Made by a program: the position numbers and the translations under genes. The notes below the pieces were generated by a model. It did no database searches and had not been told where the DNA came from. It saw only the letters and a list, made by a program, of their open reading frames with translations. A DNA stretch of 64,000 nt. It comes from Geosiphon pyriformis uo1 (Eukaryota > Fungi > Glomeromycota). The DNA is taken from assembly GCA_016748015.1 (NCBI GenBank), contig JAAOMT010000571.1:1057095-1121094 (forward strand), read 5' to 3'. Shown here in pieces: positions 11,940 through 26,200 of the stretch. The stretch's first letter is position 1; every line of letters starts with the position of its first letter.

Positions 11940-12340
11940 TTATTAATAATCAATTAATTAAAAAAAATAAACAATTTTTAATTTGAAAAATTAAAAAAAA
12001 AACATTTAATACAATAATAATAATAAAAATTTATTGAATTTTATTAAAACTTAATATTAAAAAAAATATATTATTATTTATAAAATAACATAAAAAAAAT
12101 AATTAGTAATTAAATATAATATAAATTAACCAATTATATATTAAAAATATTAAATAATATAATATTAAAAATTTTAAAAATACCAAAAAATTTTAGAAAT
12201 ATTAAAGATTTTAATAATAATTCAAAAAAAACATAAAAATTTTAAAAATCTTGTATTATAAAAATTTATATATATATAATAGTAGTATTAAAAGCAAAAA
12301 AAATATTTTTTTTATTTAATTCTATTAAGTAATTTTAGCA
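11940..12340 (+). mobile_element. Ultra-eroded relic of a Gypsy 3' end (ORF3 end, PPT, start of LTR)
   Basis: AAAACTTAATATTAAAAAAAATATAT-TATTATTTATAAAATA aligns to GAGCTCAATATTAAAAGGAGGGGATAA-TGTTACTCATAGAATA, and TATATATATAATAGTAGTATTAAAAGC aligns to TATGTATATATAGCAGTAGTATTAGAAGC, almost entirely by G>A/C>T changes. Confidence 0.65.
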
Positions 12341-14262
12341 ATATTATGAAAATATTATTTTAATTAAAATAAAAAACTTTTTTTTTTCATTATAAATTCT
12401 CAAAAAAAAGTCAACATTTTTAAAAAATGTTTTTTTGTTTTATTGTAATATCTCTTACTATTTCTTAAAAAACAAACTCTTTTGTTGTTAAGTTAACTGC
12501 CATTATAAGTAGTTTTATCCTTAAAAAAAAGTTGGCAAGAATTTTGACATCAAGTTCAATTAGTAAAAGTCTTGTTTAATAATAAAAAACATCTTTGAAA
12601 AATGTAAAGCATTCAAGAAATAAGACAAATATGAGATTTAAAGAAGTTAAGCAAATAGTTAAACAATTTAATAAAATAGATACTAATAAAAAGATATTAA
12701 TAGTTTTTTCTGTTAATAATAATGTTGAATATAAAGCTGGCAGTAAAAATAAGAGTTATTTTAGCTTGAAAATAAACACTTTTAAAACCAAAAAAATTAA
12801 CATTGGTGAAATAGTTGGCTTTTCTATTAAAATATTAAAATACAGTTTAGATAATAATAAAGTTTTGCTTTTTTTTTGTTTTTTAGTGCTTTTAGATAAA
12901 AAATAGATTAATTTTAAGATTATTAAGACTTAAGTAAAAGTACTTATTAAAAAATTAATAACTGCAAAGATTCAAACAATCAGAAAAAATTTTTTCATTA
13001 ATTAATAATTTTGAGAGACCACTACTTTTTCAAAATTTGAGAAAATTATTAGATTATTATTTGTTTTAAAAGAAAATATAAATAAGACTATATTATTGGC
13101 TAAAAAAAAGGAATCAAAGTAAACAATAATTTTTAAAGACAAAAAATTAGATCAAATTAAACTGTAATAATAATAAAAAATTTTATGAATATGCCAAAAA
13201 AAATAATTGTCATTATGGTATTTGACTATGGCCAAATTGTGTTAATCAAATTGCAACTTATTGGACTGTGACAAAAAACTATAGTAGAATTTGCTAAATT
13301 GGCTTAAGTAAATTAATTAGCAGCAAAGTAATCATTTTTAATTGGAAAAAATTTAGTATATATAATAAAAGCTATAAGAGATTGCAATATTTAAATGTTA
13401 AGGAATTGGTTTAGAGTACTTTTGTTTACTCTGCCTGTAGAAACAACTGTTTACAATCTTGGTAATTTGTTAGAAAAGACTGGTGAGAAAACTTGTATTA
13501 TTAATCAATCATTTAAAACCAACAATAAGATTTGCTGTATAATAGTTAACTTTGAATTAAAAAAATATTGAAGTTAGCTTTTTGTATAGAGCTTATTCTA
13601 AATAGCATTAAGCTCTTTTAAGCTAAGATAGATCTGTTTTGTTGTAAAAAATGTAAACATTTTGGATATTTTTTTCTTGAGTGTAACTCTTTTGGTTTCT
13701 CTGCTTTAGTTCAGAAAAAGTTTTATAAAAGATTTGTTTTAGATTAAAATTATTTTTAATTTATTTACTTCTATATAAGAAAAAATATACATATTTCTCA
13801 ACTTGCTGCTTTTGGTAACAAGTCTTGAGCTCAGATAGTATTTCCAATAGCAGTTTCTATTAATATTTGTTCTGTTTTTTTCTCTGAGTTCTCTTTTTTT
13901 GATATTTTACTTCCAAGCAATAAAGTCTCTAATTTTCAAATTATATCTGCAAATAGTAATTAATTGGCTTTTTTGGAATGTTTTTTGGAGCTTTTGGCTA
14001 ATCAGATATTTAATATTATACATAGACTTAGTAATATAAACTTGGCATTATTGATTCTATTTTTTTTGCTCTTATCTTAATTAATTCAATAATTATAAAT
14101 TTAAACTTGGTTTTAAACATGATTTTGAATAGCTTACAAATGTTATCTTTTTTTTTTTCTAGCAAATACTAAAACTTTAATATTGAGTCTGAATAATTTT
14201 AAAATTTTAACCATCAAAATAGACAGCTTAAAGTTAAAAATAGTGGCTTTTAAGATTTTTGT

Positions 14263-17200
14263 TAAGATTTTGATTAAACCAAACTAAATTAAACTTTGGG
14301 TGTTGTTCAAGTTCAGTTTAAATTATAAGCTGAACCAATTTTTCAAAATAGGTTTAATTTGAGTTTGGAATTAAACTTTTTTGACAAGTCTGAATTTGGT
14401 TTAAGTTTTGTTTAAAGTTTATAAACTTGTTTAAGTTCAATAGAATTAAAAAAAATATAACTTGTATTATTTGTTTATTAATTATTACTTTGTTTAATTA
14501 CTATGATTAATTAAAAAAGTATATAAAACTATGCATATATAACAATTCTACTCTCCAACTTATCAAAATGAATTTATTATTGGTATTATCCAATATTATT
14601 AAAGATTTAAAATTCGAAATAATAGAATTTAATAACCCAAATAATCCAAATATTAATATATTTAGTAAATATAGTTTTTAAAATAAAGTATAAAACTATT
14701 TTAATAAGTTTGAGTAAACAAAAATAAAAACAGTTAAATATATGATTTTAAAATATGTACATAAACTATTTTCTTGTAGAATTACAGGTATTACCAAATT
14801 CTTATGGCATTATTTAGAGACTTCCCACTGAACAGTATATATTACAATAGAAAAATATTATAAGAAAAAGCAAAATTTTCAAAAAAATTGTGAGTCAATT
14901 AAAGAAATGTTTTTATGAGTAAAATTGCTATTTTTTTTATGATTTTTGGTCAATCTAACTAAAAAACTACTTTAGTCTTCTATAGTAATTATTATTAATG
15001 TTGATAATGAAAAACTTTGTAATATAATTACTATTTGGCTTATTAACTATTAACAACTACTTATAGTAAAAAACTCTAAATTAATTAAAATATTCTAATA
15101 TTTAAACTTTACTTCTTAATTTGTTTGTGTTAATATAATTAAAAATAAAGTCATAAAACTCTATGTTTTAAGTAAACAAAAATTAAGTAAGTACTATTTT
15201 TATTATAAAATGTCTCTTTTTTTTACTTATACTTATAACATAATAGATATACTTAAGTATTATTAAGTTTAAAATTTTTTTTATATTAGATCTCTGAATA
15301 TTTTTCAATAATAAAGCTTTTATTTTTGTTATAACTTATTATATTAATGACAATTGGAATTTTCAACAAACAATAATTGAATTTAGATTAATAAGTAGAT
15401 AACATAATAGAATAAATATTACAAATAAATTTTTTAAAGTATTAAAAAATTATAAAATTACATTAAAGATACATATATATATTTTTGCATGAATTTAGAT
15501 TAATTAATAGCCAATAATAAAATCAGCATATTATATAGCATATTAGTATTATTTGAGGCTTAGAGTTATCACAGTACTTATATTATTAAAAATTACATTT
15601 TCTTAATATTGGCTTAAATTGGTTTTTATCATTGTTTCAAAGCTGAATTTTTGGTATTAGTATTATCTAAAGTTCAAAGTTACTATAGTGCTTATATTAT
15701 CAAAAATCACATTTTCTTAATATTAATTTAAGTAATTTTTATTATTGCTTTAAACTAAATTTTCAGCCAAAAAAGTTAAGAAAAAAGTTTAAGAAAAAGT
15801 TACACTTACTCTTTTTTTATATAAGTTTATTATTAATTTTATTAATTATAACTTAATTTTTTTTTAATAGCTTCTTGCTATTATTCTTGATAATATCACA
15901 AATAATAGTACTTTTATAAAAAAGTTAATGAGAAAATTAGAAAAAAAAAACATTTAATAGAACTCAAAGAATTTTTGATTTTAATGCTTTGATTATATTC
16001 TAAACTTGGCAGTGCAAATACTTTTAGATAAAATAAAAGATGATGTTTTTAAAATATTTGTTAAAAACCCAAATCAAATATATTTATCTGAAATTTTCTT
16101 AATGTAAACTGTGTATAAATTAAAAATTAAAGAACTTAACTTTGCAATTTATACTTTACTCTTATGTTTTAAGTTTCTTGAATGTACTTATAATACATGT
16201 CAAATTAAATACCATAAATCTATTTTAGATTGTCTCATTCAGTGGAATTATATTTATAATATGGTTAAAAATAAGTTATCTCTTAAATTAACAAGTCATT
16301 TATTTCTGATTCCATATATTTTAAATACAAAAATTCTAACTATAAATTTATAGACATTAAACACTCTTATTAGTACTTATATTGATTTCTATCAATATGT
16401 TATTTTATATAATTAATAGACTATCTTTGATAAAATTGCTAAATTTTTTGAATTATTTAAGAATATTATAATTAAAACATCAGCCAGTTTAAATAATACT
16501 GTCTCTTTAATTATTTTTTTTTTTAATATCATTTTTAATTATGTTAAAAACACAGTTAATAATAATAAATTTAATAAAGCATTATAATTTTAATTGTATT
16601 TATTTAGTTGTTTATTTAACACATTTAATATTAAATCTATTACTTATTATAGTAACTAGAGCAACAAAAGAAAAATTGGTTAAATATTACTTTAAAACAA
16701 ATACAATTATAATGCTCTATATTGCATTGGATCCAAAAAAAAAATTCTATTATTTCACAAAAAGAAAATTTTTAGATGAAAATATTAATAAAATAAAAAA
16801 AGTATAAGTTATTAATTTATTTAAACAGTTTTATTTTCCAATTTTTACATAATAAATAAACTTTTAAAATAAATATTTTTTTTAAAATAGAGTACATATT
16901 GAACATTATATCAACATTAAATAATAGTTTTTTGTTGAATAACAATATTAATAATATTATAGCATTAGTTACATGATCTATATTAAAAGCAGACTTTAAT
17001 AATAATGAGAAAGAAAAACTTAACAAAATTAATTGTTATATCTCTAAAAAAATGGTCAATAAAAAAATGTATATAATAGTATAATAGAAAATACATTACA
17101 AAAAATATTTATATAAATTAATATTTTATTAATAATTTAATATTTAAGTATATTAAACACAATTTTTTTATCTTATATATATGGCTCATAATTATTTGGC

Positions 17201-17578
17201 AATTTAAAGATTATTTGTTGCTTCTGAATGCATTTTTTTTATAGGTAAAAATATGATTACATATATAAAATCTTGTTTAGTGTTTAAAACTATAAGAGCA
17301 ATACAATGTTTTTAATTATGGATGCAAAAACTATTAAAAAGAAAATTAAATAATAATATAGTATAATATAATATTTTTAATAGTCAAATCTGAACATGTT
17401 CATAAATTTTAAACTAAACTTGAACCAGATTTGTTGTATATATTCAAATTCAATTTAAGTTGAGTAATTTCAAGTCTGATTCAAGTTTTGAGTTTGAAAT
17501 TTGCCAAATTTTTTGTTTGAGTTTGGTTTGATGGTTTAATTAAACTTAAACTAAACCAAACCAAATATCAGAATTCTA
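14263..17578 (+). mobile_element. hAT DNA transposon, degenerate, inserted in LINE ORF1
   Basis: TIRs TAAGATTTTGAT / ATCAGAATTCTA (consensus TAGGATTCTGAT). 8-bp TSD ATTTTTGT (14255-14262) / GTTTTTGT (17579-17586). Subterminal short repeats. Transposase remnants: LWHYLETSH (BED), FILDL*, ILDCLIQWNYIYNM (DxxTRWNSTY), ALDP, and the dimerisation domain VASECIF. Confidence 0.9.
15563..15765. repeat. Tandem duplication of a ~113-bp unit inside the hAT element
   Basis: GAGTTATCACAGTACTTATATTATTAAAAATTACATTTTCTTAATATT recurs as AAGTTACTATAGTGCTTATATTATCAAAAATCACATTTTCTTAATATT. Confidence 0.7.
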
Positions 17579-17659
17579 GTTTTTGTTGACTCAATTTTAA
17601 AGAAGTTAGATCAATTGTATACTGGCTTAAATTTTTTGATGTATTTTTCATCTTAATAA

Positions 17660-20600
17660 ATGAGTTTATTTGAAAAATAACAATATATAATATCAGAAAT
17701 ATGAACAATTTGGCAAAACAAAAAGACATTGTTTAATGGTATATAAATTCTGAAAACATGATATCTATTATAACTGAAATTAAACTTAAGTTTAATGTTA
17801 AGCTATAGATAATAAACAAATTTAGTAGAATTCAAATTTTTATATTTGGGTTGGACAATGGCTCTTTGGTATAGCCATTATTATGAACAATTTTCTGATT
17901 TATTATATTATAAAAATGAAGAAAATTTTTGGTTAAATGATTTCAATTCATTTTTTGTTCAAAGACAAATTGTTAGTTGTGGTTTTGGGTTTGTATACTG
18001 AAAAATCAATTAGAACTAGATTTATACAAGCTTCTAATATTAACTCTTTCATTTTTAAGATAACTAGTTCTAACTTATTTTCAATTTTAAGTGGTAACTT
18101 TAATAAAAATAATTCCAAGAAATGTGCAAGTCTTAGCAAATGTCTAAATATGAATTTGGTAAATTCTTTAAATAGACATTTCTTGATTATATGTTCTATT
18201 TAACACAATTCAAGAAAGATTAAAAAAGTTATTGATTATATTTTCTTAAGTGAAAATTTGTTGTTAGCCATTATAACTTATAATATTAGTTCTGTTTCCA
18301 ATTTTTTCAACACTAATTACCAAACAGTCTCAATTTAGATTAGTTTAAGAGGCTTATTGAATTTTTATCTAAATATTGCTTACAAATAAGCTAATAAAAA
18401 TTGCTGAAAATTCAAAATAAAAAATGCAAATAATATTAAATGAACAAGATTCAAAAATTGTTCTTCTATTAAGTTTTCTATGGTACAATATAAGTTTTCT
18501 AAAGCTAAAAATTGTCAAAACTTGAATGTAATATAAAAAGTTTTAAGTAAAATAGTAGTAAATACAGCTGATAAAGTGTTCTTTAAACATCAATATAATA
18601 AATTCAATTGTTCAAAAAACAAACAGTCTTCAAAATTTTACAAGCTGGAATTGTTAATTTTTAAGTTATCTAAGATATTAAGCTTAAGCAATAGGCTAAA
18701 ATTTGATTATTTTATTAAGATATAGTTATTTATTAATGATATAAAATTTTTTGAGATTAGCAGCTTGATTCATAATAGTGCAAATTCTATGGATGTAATC
18801 AAACATTTGTTAGTAATCAAAAAAAGTTACCATAAATCCAAGTACTGTGAGTTTAAAACAGCTAAAAATACAGCTATTAGAAATCCAATCAAAAAACACA
18901 TAAAAAATTTCAGTTTTAATAAGAATAGCATAATCAGAAGTGTCTTAAAATAATCATTTTAAAAAGTGGTTCTGAACTATTTGGTAATTAGAAAAAAATT
19001 AGTTTTGAAGCCAAATAAAGTAAAACTTAGAATTGATATAATCATAAAAAATTGAACAAAAAAGTGTAAGATTCCTTTAGTTTTGCCTAATTTATGGGCT
19101 AGTCAATATGTGTCTTTGGCATATATGAATAATAACATCTTTTCTGATGTGATAAAAACTATCAGCTTGGAGGATTTGATTTTAATAATTAGTGATCTGT
19201 TCAATAGCAAAGCTGTTGGCTTGTCTAACATAACTAATAAACTTTAGAAACATTACAATAATACAGTAATAAATTGCTTATTAGATCTATTAAACAATTG
19301 TTTAATTCTTGATAATGTTTTAGTTCTTTAGAAAAGAACATGAGTTTTAATAATCTTTAAACCATATAATTAGAATAACATTTTAATAAACACAAAACTT
19401 ATAGCTTTAATAGAAATGGCTAAAAAAATTCTGTTCAAAATTTTGTTAGATTGTATCTCATCTATTTATAGCAAATTCAATGTCTTTTATAATGACAATT
19501 TTTTAGTATTAAAGGGTACTTTAACTTAATTTCCAGTATTTGCTGTTGGTTTTGTTGTGAAAAATACTTTGAAAAAGAGTTAAAAGCTATAGTTGGTTTT
19601 ATAAGACATATATAAAGCTTATAATTCAGTTAAATAGCATTATTTAAAAGCTAGTTTAAAATACATTAAGATATGTAACAGATTTATTAATTTTTTCAGT
19701 AATATACATAAGAACAGAGTTAATAAAGTGATAACAAATTTTGGTTTTTTAAATGGTTACAAAGTACATAATGAGTTAAATCAAGGTAAAGTCTTTTTAT
19801 TACTTCTTTGGAGAATTTTTTATGATCCCTTATTGTGTAAGATTATAAGATAAAAACACTTGTATAGATATCAGATTAATATTAATTTGATGGTTAAAAT
19901 AGACAAAGTAAAGATTAGTAAAAGAAAAACTTCTTTCTTTACAGCAGATACTTTTGTAAATAACACTATTTAAATAAGAAATAGTTAAGCTTCAATACAG
20001 TATATTTTAGATTTGGCTAATCAGTTTTTTAAAATTAGTAACATTTATATTAACAATAAAAAGACAGTTGTAATTCTTATAAACCAGAATGTTGTAGTAG
20101 CTTTATTACATATTAGTAATCAACCTATTTTTATTATTAAGCATAGAAAATTTTTGGAATTTTTTTATTAATAGATGGTATAATTAAACCAAGTTTTATT
20201 AAAACATATTTTGATATTAGGTTTTTCTCAAACATAATATTCAGAAAAACTTTATTAAATAAACAATTTTTCTACTTAGTTTCAGCAGTTTTGCAGTCTA
20301 TAATCAGTTATTAAATACAATTTAGTTTTGTGTTCAAAAGTGTATGTCAAAAGTGAAATGTTATAATTAGAAAAAAGTTTAGATCTAAGACTAATCTGCC
20401 AAAAGACTTTTCTAAAAAAACTTTGCATTATTTATATTTATATGAGTTAAAATTTTTTAAGCAAATATAAGCAGAAAACAAGATGGTTTTATTGATCTGG
20501 TTCTTTAATATAATAGTGCTACTTATAGAAATTAGGAATTATAATAATAGATAATATAGCCAATCAAAAATAGACATAGTAAAATAAAAAATTGCAGAAT

Positions 20601-23087
20601 TCTCCAGGAATCTCATATAACACAAATTATGTATATATAGCAAAAATATTAGAAGCAGAAAAAGATCAAAAATTCAACAGAGTTTAAAATTCCAATACCC
20701 TTTTTTTAAAAGATAATTTTTTATAATTTGAAGTAAAAACATATTAATATTAAATAAATATCTAATTATCATCCAATTTATGTTATTATTACTTGATTAA
20801 GAATATTAATTACTTCCACTCTATCAACACTCTATGTTGATAAAATCTAATACTTAATCACATTAGACTAATAACTTTTAATTACAACTATTGACAAAAT
20901 ATTAATTTCTTATTTTTTTTCTTATTTTTTTTTATTTCCTTTTTATTTTTTTGGTTTCATTTCTTTGTTGTTTACTAATTGATTAAAAGAATTAAGCATT
21001 AAGTATTTGACATTAAAAATAGCCTGGTAAAAAACCTGAAAATAAGAGTAGAAATTTAAGAATAACTTATTAGAAAGACATAACTGTCAGAATAAACTGG
21101 CTATTATGCTAAAGAAAAAAATTCACAAAAGAAATCATTAATTAAATTTCTGTTTATTATACAAAAAATTCAACCAAAATCTTTAGAAATTACTAATATT
21201 ACCAGCTATTGAATACTAAGTTACAAGTTTGTTATTTGTTCTAACATTCCAAATAATTACCTGTAATAATAGATATCTTTGGTTATTTATTTGTATATCA
21301 GTTTTTAGATTTACAAATTGCAGATTGTGTGCCAAAAAACCAACTCCAATTTTCTGTCAAGTTGAAAATCAACTTTGTGAATAATTTTTTAACAAATCTA
21401 ATAAAAATACTTTTGGATAATAATATATTTTTGGCAAATAAATTATCTTGTGTATTTTACTCCTTTAATCACTTTTCAATGTTTAATATTTTGGGTAATT
21501 TATATTACTTTAATATAATTTAATCTTTGAAACAACTTAATGTTGCTTTTGATAATTACTTGTTGGATAAATATGGCTCAGTTATAAATTAAAAAACTTT
21601 TTGTTATTAGAAAAGACTAAATTTAAAAGACCCAATATCAGTATAGTTTGTAAAAGCTTTAATCTACATAAATAATCTTTTTATTAGTATTATAAAATGT
21701 AGTTTTAACTCTGGCTGTTCAGATTTTTATGACTTAAGTAAATTTTTAAATGTTCAGAAACATTTACATAAACTATAAACAAAAGAGATTAACATGTATA
21801 CCAATAGTTTATTGAATGATTTGAATACAGTAAATATAACAAGTAGAGCAGTAATATACTTTTTTGAGACTGAAATGGATTTAGATGTTAAAGTTTTTAG
21901 TTTGCTGTTATTAACAATTGCTAAATTACAAGCTGTTGTTCTGATTTTAGAATGTGTTTCTTTTTCTTGTTTAATAGTTTTGTATACAAACAGCCAAGCT
22001 GTTATAAATGTATATGTATCTAAGCTTGCATTTTATGTACTTGATTTTAGAAACAAATAATAGATTAACAAGTAATATGTGGCCAACTTAATAAAATTTA
22101 AAGATATTTTTGTTATATAAGTAAAGATCAAAGGCTATTTAGAAAATGCTAATAATAACAAAGCCAATGTTTTTGCAAGTAATATGGTATAATCTTGTAT
22201 TTTTTTGCCTATTGGTATACATAAAAAGTTTATCTTAACAAACAGTTTGATTGTTTTAGACAATATTTATTATTTTGTTTATAATATTTATTAGACAGTT
22301 AGTTAAGTTTAATAAAAAACAGTTTTGAATATAGAGATTTTAAAAAAGTTTTTTATTTAGAATATTAATTAGTACTATATTGTTTTAGTTTGGTACTCTA
22401 ATTCTTATATGTTTTCAGGCTTTATTAACAAATTTTTAACAGCTTTTTGCATATATTTAATAAAGACAGTACATAGAAAACTGTCAACTACAGTTAGAAA
22501 AAGACTGTTTGATAAAAAGTACTCAGGTATAATATGTTTGTTTTGTGATAATATTGAGTTGTCTGATTATGTTTTTACTTGTTTAAAAGATGCTTTAATA
22601 CACTCTGAAATTTTGTTAGATTATGCTAAATTGTAGAAATTTTTGGTGAAAGCTTGCTTTTTATCAATTTCTTTAATGTTATATACTCTTTTTTTGAAAA
22701 CATTTAAAATTAATATTTATGAAATTTTGTACAAAGAATTTGTTTTTAAGAATTAAATCAATAAAGTGGCTTTAAAGTTTAAGAATAAAAAAAAGCTTTG
22801 GTAATAATGGCTGACTTTATTTGATATTTTGCTAATATGTATTATAATAAGATATAAAATTTTAGGTTAAAATATAGAATTAATATAGAATTAATATAGA
22901 AAGAAATAGTTTGGTTAAGAACATAAAAATAGTACTTGAAATATGTAGTAGTCTGTCTAGCTTTTTTTTGGCAGAAGTGGTTTGTCTACTTAAAATTGTT
23001 GAATTTTTTGCTATTAATTTTGGATTATGTAAAACTTGTTTTTTTTTAAGATTAGATAATGATTTGGAAATTAATATGAGTGCATAA
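17660..23087 (+). pseudogene. LINE ORF2 remnant: AP endonuclease, RT, RNase H, C-terminal Cys finger
   Basis: Eroded APE motifs (YNIRNMN, ITEIKL, ILSGNFN, IDYIF), RT motifs (L*DIYKAYNSV, LNQGKVFLLLLWRIFYDPLL, FVNN for FVDD), RNase H motifs (YTNSL, AKLQAV, YTNSQA, VKIKGY) and CLFC..SDYVFTC. Confidence 0.8.
20517..21268 (+). mobile_element. Solo LTR of the Gypsy C/E/F lineage inserted in LINE ORF2
   Basis: Termini TGCTACTTATAGAA...ATTACCTGTAATA match the eroded TGTTACTCATAGAA...TGTAACA consensus. 4-bp TSD ATAG on both sides; removal restores the LINE frame. Confidence 0.85.
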
Positions 23088-23280
23088 TATAGCTTTAATT
23101 GATTTAAGTGACTAGTCATATATAGTAAGTACATAAATCATATTTAATTTAAATTACTTAGTTTGTTTTTATATATTAAATAATAGTTAGGCTGTATTTA
23201 TTAATAAATAAATAAATAAATAAAAAATTAACTAAAATTAATTTTTTGTGAATTTTTTAATTTTATTTACATAATAATAA

Positions 23281-26200
23281 TATTATTATTATGGTTGAAA
23301 CTCACACTTTTTATTAGTTATTATATGTATTAGCCACTGATATCATATAATTAGCCATCTTATTTTTAGTTAGTAATTATTGATCTAATTATTGACCTAG
23401 TTATTAATCTAATTATTGACCACTTTTGATAACTATATAAGTAATGAATCTCTTAGCTATAAAATGGCATGTCAGAAATCAAAAAAATCAAATAAATAAA
23501 ATAACAACTTTCATCTTAATTCTTCTCTTATTGCTAATTTTCCTTTTCTTACTTTTAATTATCTGAACATTTTGGAATAAAAGATTACTTGTTGGTTATT
23601 CTCTACTTTTTTCCTGAAATGTGTAATTGTAGCATTTAAAGATTATTAAATAAAACGTGATTGAAGAATACATCTAATATTTAATATAGAATTCTAAGAA
23701 CACTAACATAAAGCATAAAATTATACCAGTATGTAATTATTTATTGACAGTACAAACTATTCTTCTATCTTCAGATTTCTGGTTATCTTTTGAAAAGTAT
23801 AATGACTAAGATATTTTATAAAACTGATCTTGCACATTGAATTCATACTTATTTAATTCACTCTTTAAAGTTGAATTCTTTTTGATTTTTTTTATTCCTC
23901 TACAATCTTGTTTTCCCTTGCTATCTATTAGCTTATTACTCCAATCTGTAATATAAAAGTGGTGCTCCCTGTAAGATTGTCAAAATCCATTTTGTTTCTT
24001 ATTATATGAGTGATTATTTATACTTGCCACAACAATCAGAAGAACACTTTGAAACACACAACAAAAACAATCTAGATTTTATTAAACTCAATTTTTTGCT
24101 CTCCTGCTTGATTTGTTTTTCTATTAAAAAACAATTCAGTAAACAATTCCAAAACTTTTGGAACTGGTTTCTGAATGAGCATTCAGCTGAAATTTACATA
24201 GTCTATACAACTTATTACTTTGACCAAGCTTACTTTGAAGAAAAAAACAACAACATCAATCAGCTTTTATATTTCACAACATTTGAACAACAGCCCTCTG
24301 ATTCTGAATATCTAAATCACCAAGTTTACATTTGAATTGCTGCTTATCAGCTAGCTGAAACATTTTATAAAACAAAAAAAAAGCTATTAAACTGCTCTTG
24401 TTTTTGATCTTTTTTCAAGTAAATTAGAACATTTTACTTTATACAACAAAACATTCTAATCACTTTCTAAGACATACAAACTGTTTTAGGGTGAAAAAAC
24501 AATACTCTATTATCATTATTTAGAGGTAATATATAAGATCCAATTGAATGATTGGATGACTTTGAAAGAACTGCTACAGCCAACCAATATAATAATGAAT
24601 ACAAGTTCTAAATTATTGGTGGCTATTTTCAAGGCTTTTTTGCTACTTGGTTTTTACAAAAAACCAATGTCAATGTTTAGCAAAAAATTATTAGATGAAC
24701 ACCAGCAAATGCTAAAAAAGACAACACTTCTTTTATTATCCAGTTTGAAATGAAATTTAGAACTCCTATCTTAATATCCAAATGGCACATAGAATTAGAA
24801 AGAAAAACCCAAGATTTTGGTGAAGTTGTAACTAAATATGCCAAAGCAATCAAAAAGTTAATCAAGTGAATAGACTTTAGAAGAAACTGAACAGAAGAGC
24901 AGAAAATTTACTTCTTCACAAAAAGATTGAGAACTAATCTCTCATATGTTTTTTGGCCTTTTTTGGTCCTAAAAAACAATTTCACAATGGATATAACTAT
25001 TAAACTAGCCCAACAAATTAAAGACAATTAAAGAATACACCTAGGATCTACATTTCCAGTTTTTGCTTCTGCATTTGTTATGGCTCCTGCTTCTTAAATG
25101 GCTGCCACTTCTTTTACTGCCCAAACTCCAGATACCAATAAACAATTGATAAACAGACTTACAGCCAATCTTGCCTAGTTACCAGAACCTTTAGCCCAAG
25201 CAGTCAGAAAAAATCAACAATCTCAAAGACCCAAATATAAATCCCATTTTAATCAGCCCTAGCAACTCCCTTATCAAAAATTACAAAATTATGGCCTATC
25301 TGTGTGTTATTGCTGTAAATTAACTAGACATTTTTTCAAAGATTGCAATAATCTTCCTCTGTTTTTTTTAGCTTCTAAAAACAATGATAGTTAAAACAAC
25401 AGAATCATCAACAACAATGTCCTCAATCAAAGACCCAATCATATTAATATCAATTTTTTTGGAGAGAATTTCCTAGTTAAAGCCACTGTTTATCAGCCTT
25501 TAAACTGGTAGACACACCTTCAAAGGATGAGAGTACAAGCCAACCAGAAAAAAACTCTTTTTATGTTTTTAACCTAATTAATAATGACTATGACATAGAT
25601 AAACTAACAATTAATACTTCTAAATCAACAAAAAAGAAAAAGAAAGCCAAAGTTAATTTTATTTTGAACCCAAACAAAGCATTCATATCAACTACTAATA
25701 ACAATAAGCCACCAAAGACTAAAGTTTTTAAAAATCTTCCAAAATTAAAACTTTCAGAAATAGTACAAAAATTTGGTCCTTATTTCATTGTTAAAAATTT
25801 TATGAGAACTCCAGCACATTACATTTGGCCAACTAATAACTCATCTACAGTTCAGAAAAGATCTTCACAAATCATTGATTCTAAAGAAAAAAACACCAAA
25901 AACCAACAATCACCTTCACCAAGCTAAACTTGCTAACAACAGCAATATTACTCTCTTTATTTACAAAGCCCAAGTGGCTGGTTATTTTATTGACTTGATC
26001 TTAGACAGTGGATTATCTGTTAGTGTAATTGTTAAACACTTTTTGAAAGCCATTGAAAGAAAAATTAACAAATCTTCCATCCGACTTATAACCAATATAC
26101 ATAGTAATAAGAAGAAAGGCCTGGGCATAGCCAAAGCTATTTCTGTTTGCATCAATGACATTGGCATTGAAACTAATATAGAAGTATTTAAAGCAAAAGA

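Larger units (their letters stand above)
12385..23226 (+). mobile_element. Full-length degenerate non-LTR retrotransposon (ORF1; ORF2 APE-RT-RNase H-Cys finger; (TAAA)n tail), interrupted by a hAT and a solo LTR
   Basis: ORF1 has an eroded knuckle CKKCKHFGYFFLEC (about 13643). ORF2 runs from ATG 17660 to TAA 23087. Tail AATAAATAAATAAATAAA at about 23203-23226. Confidence 0.85.
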
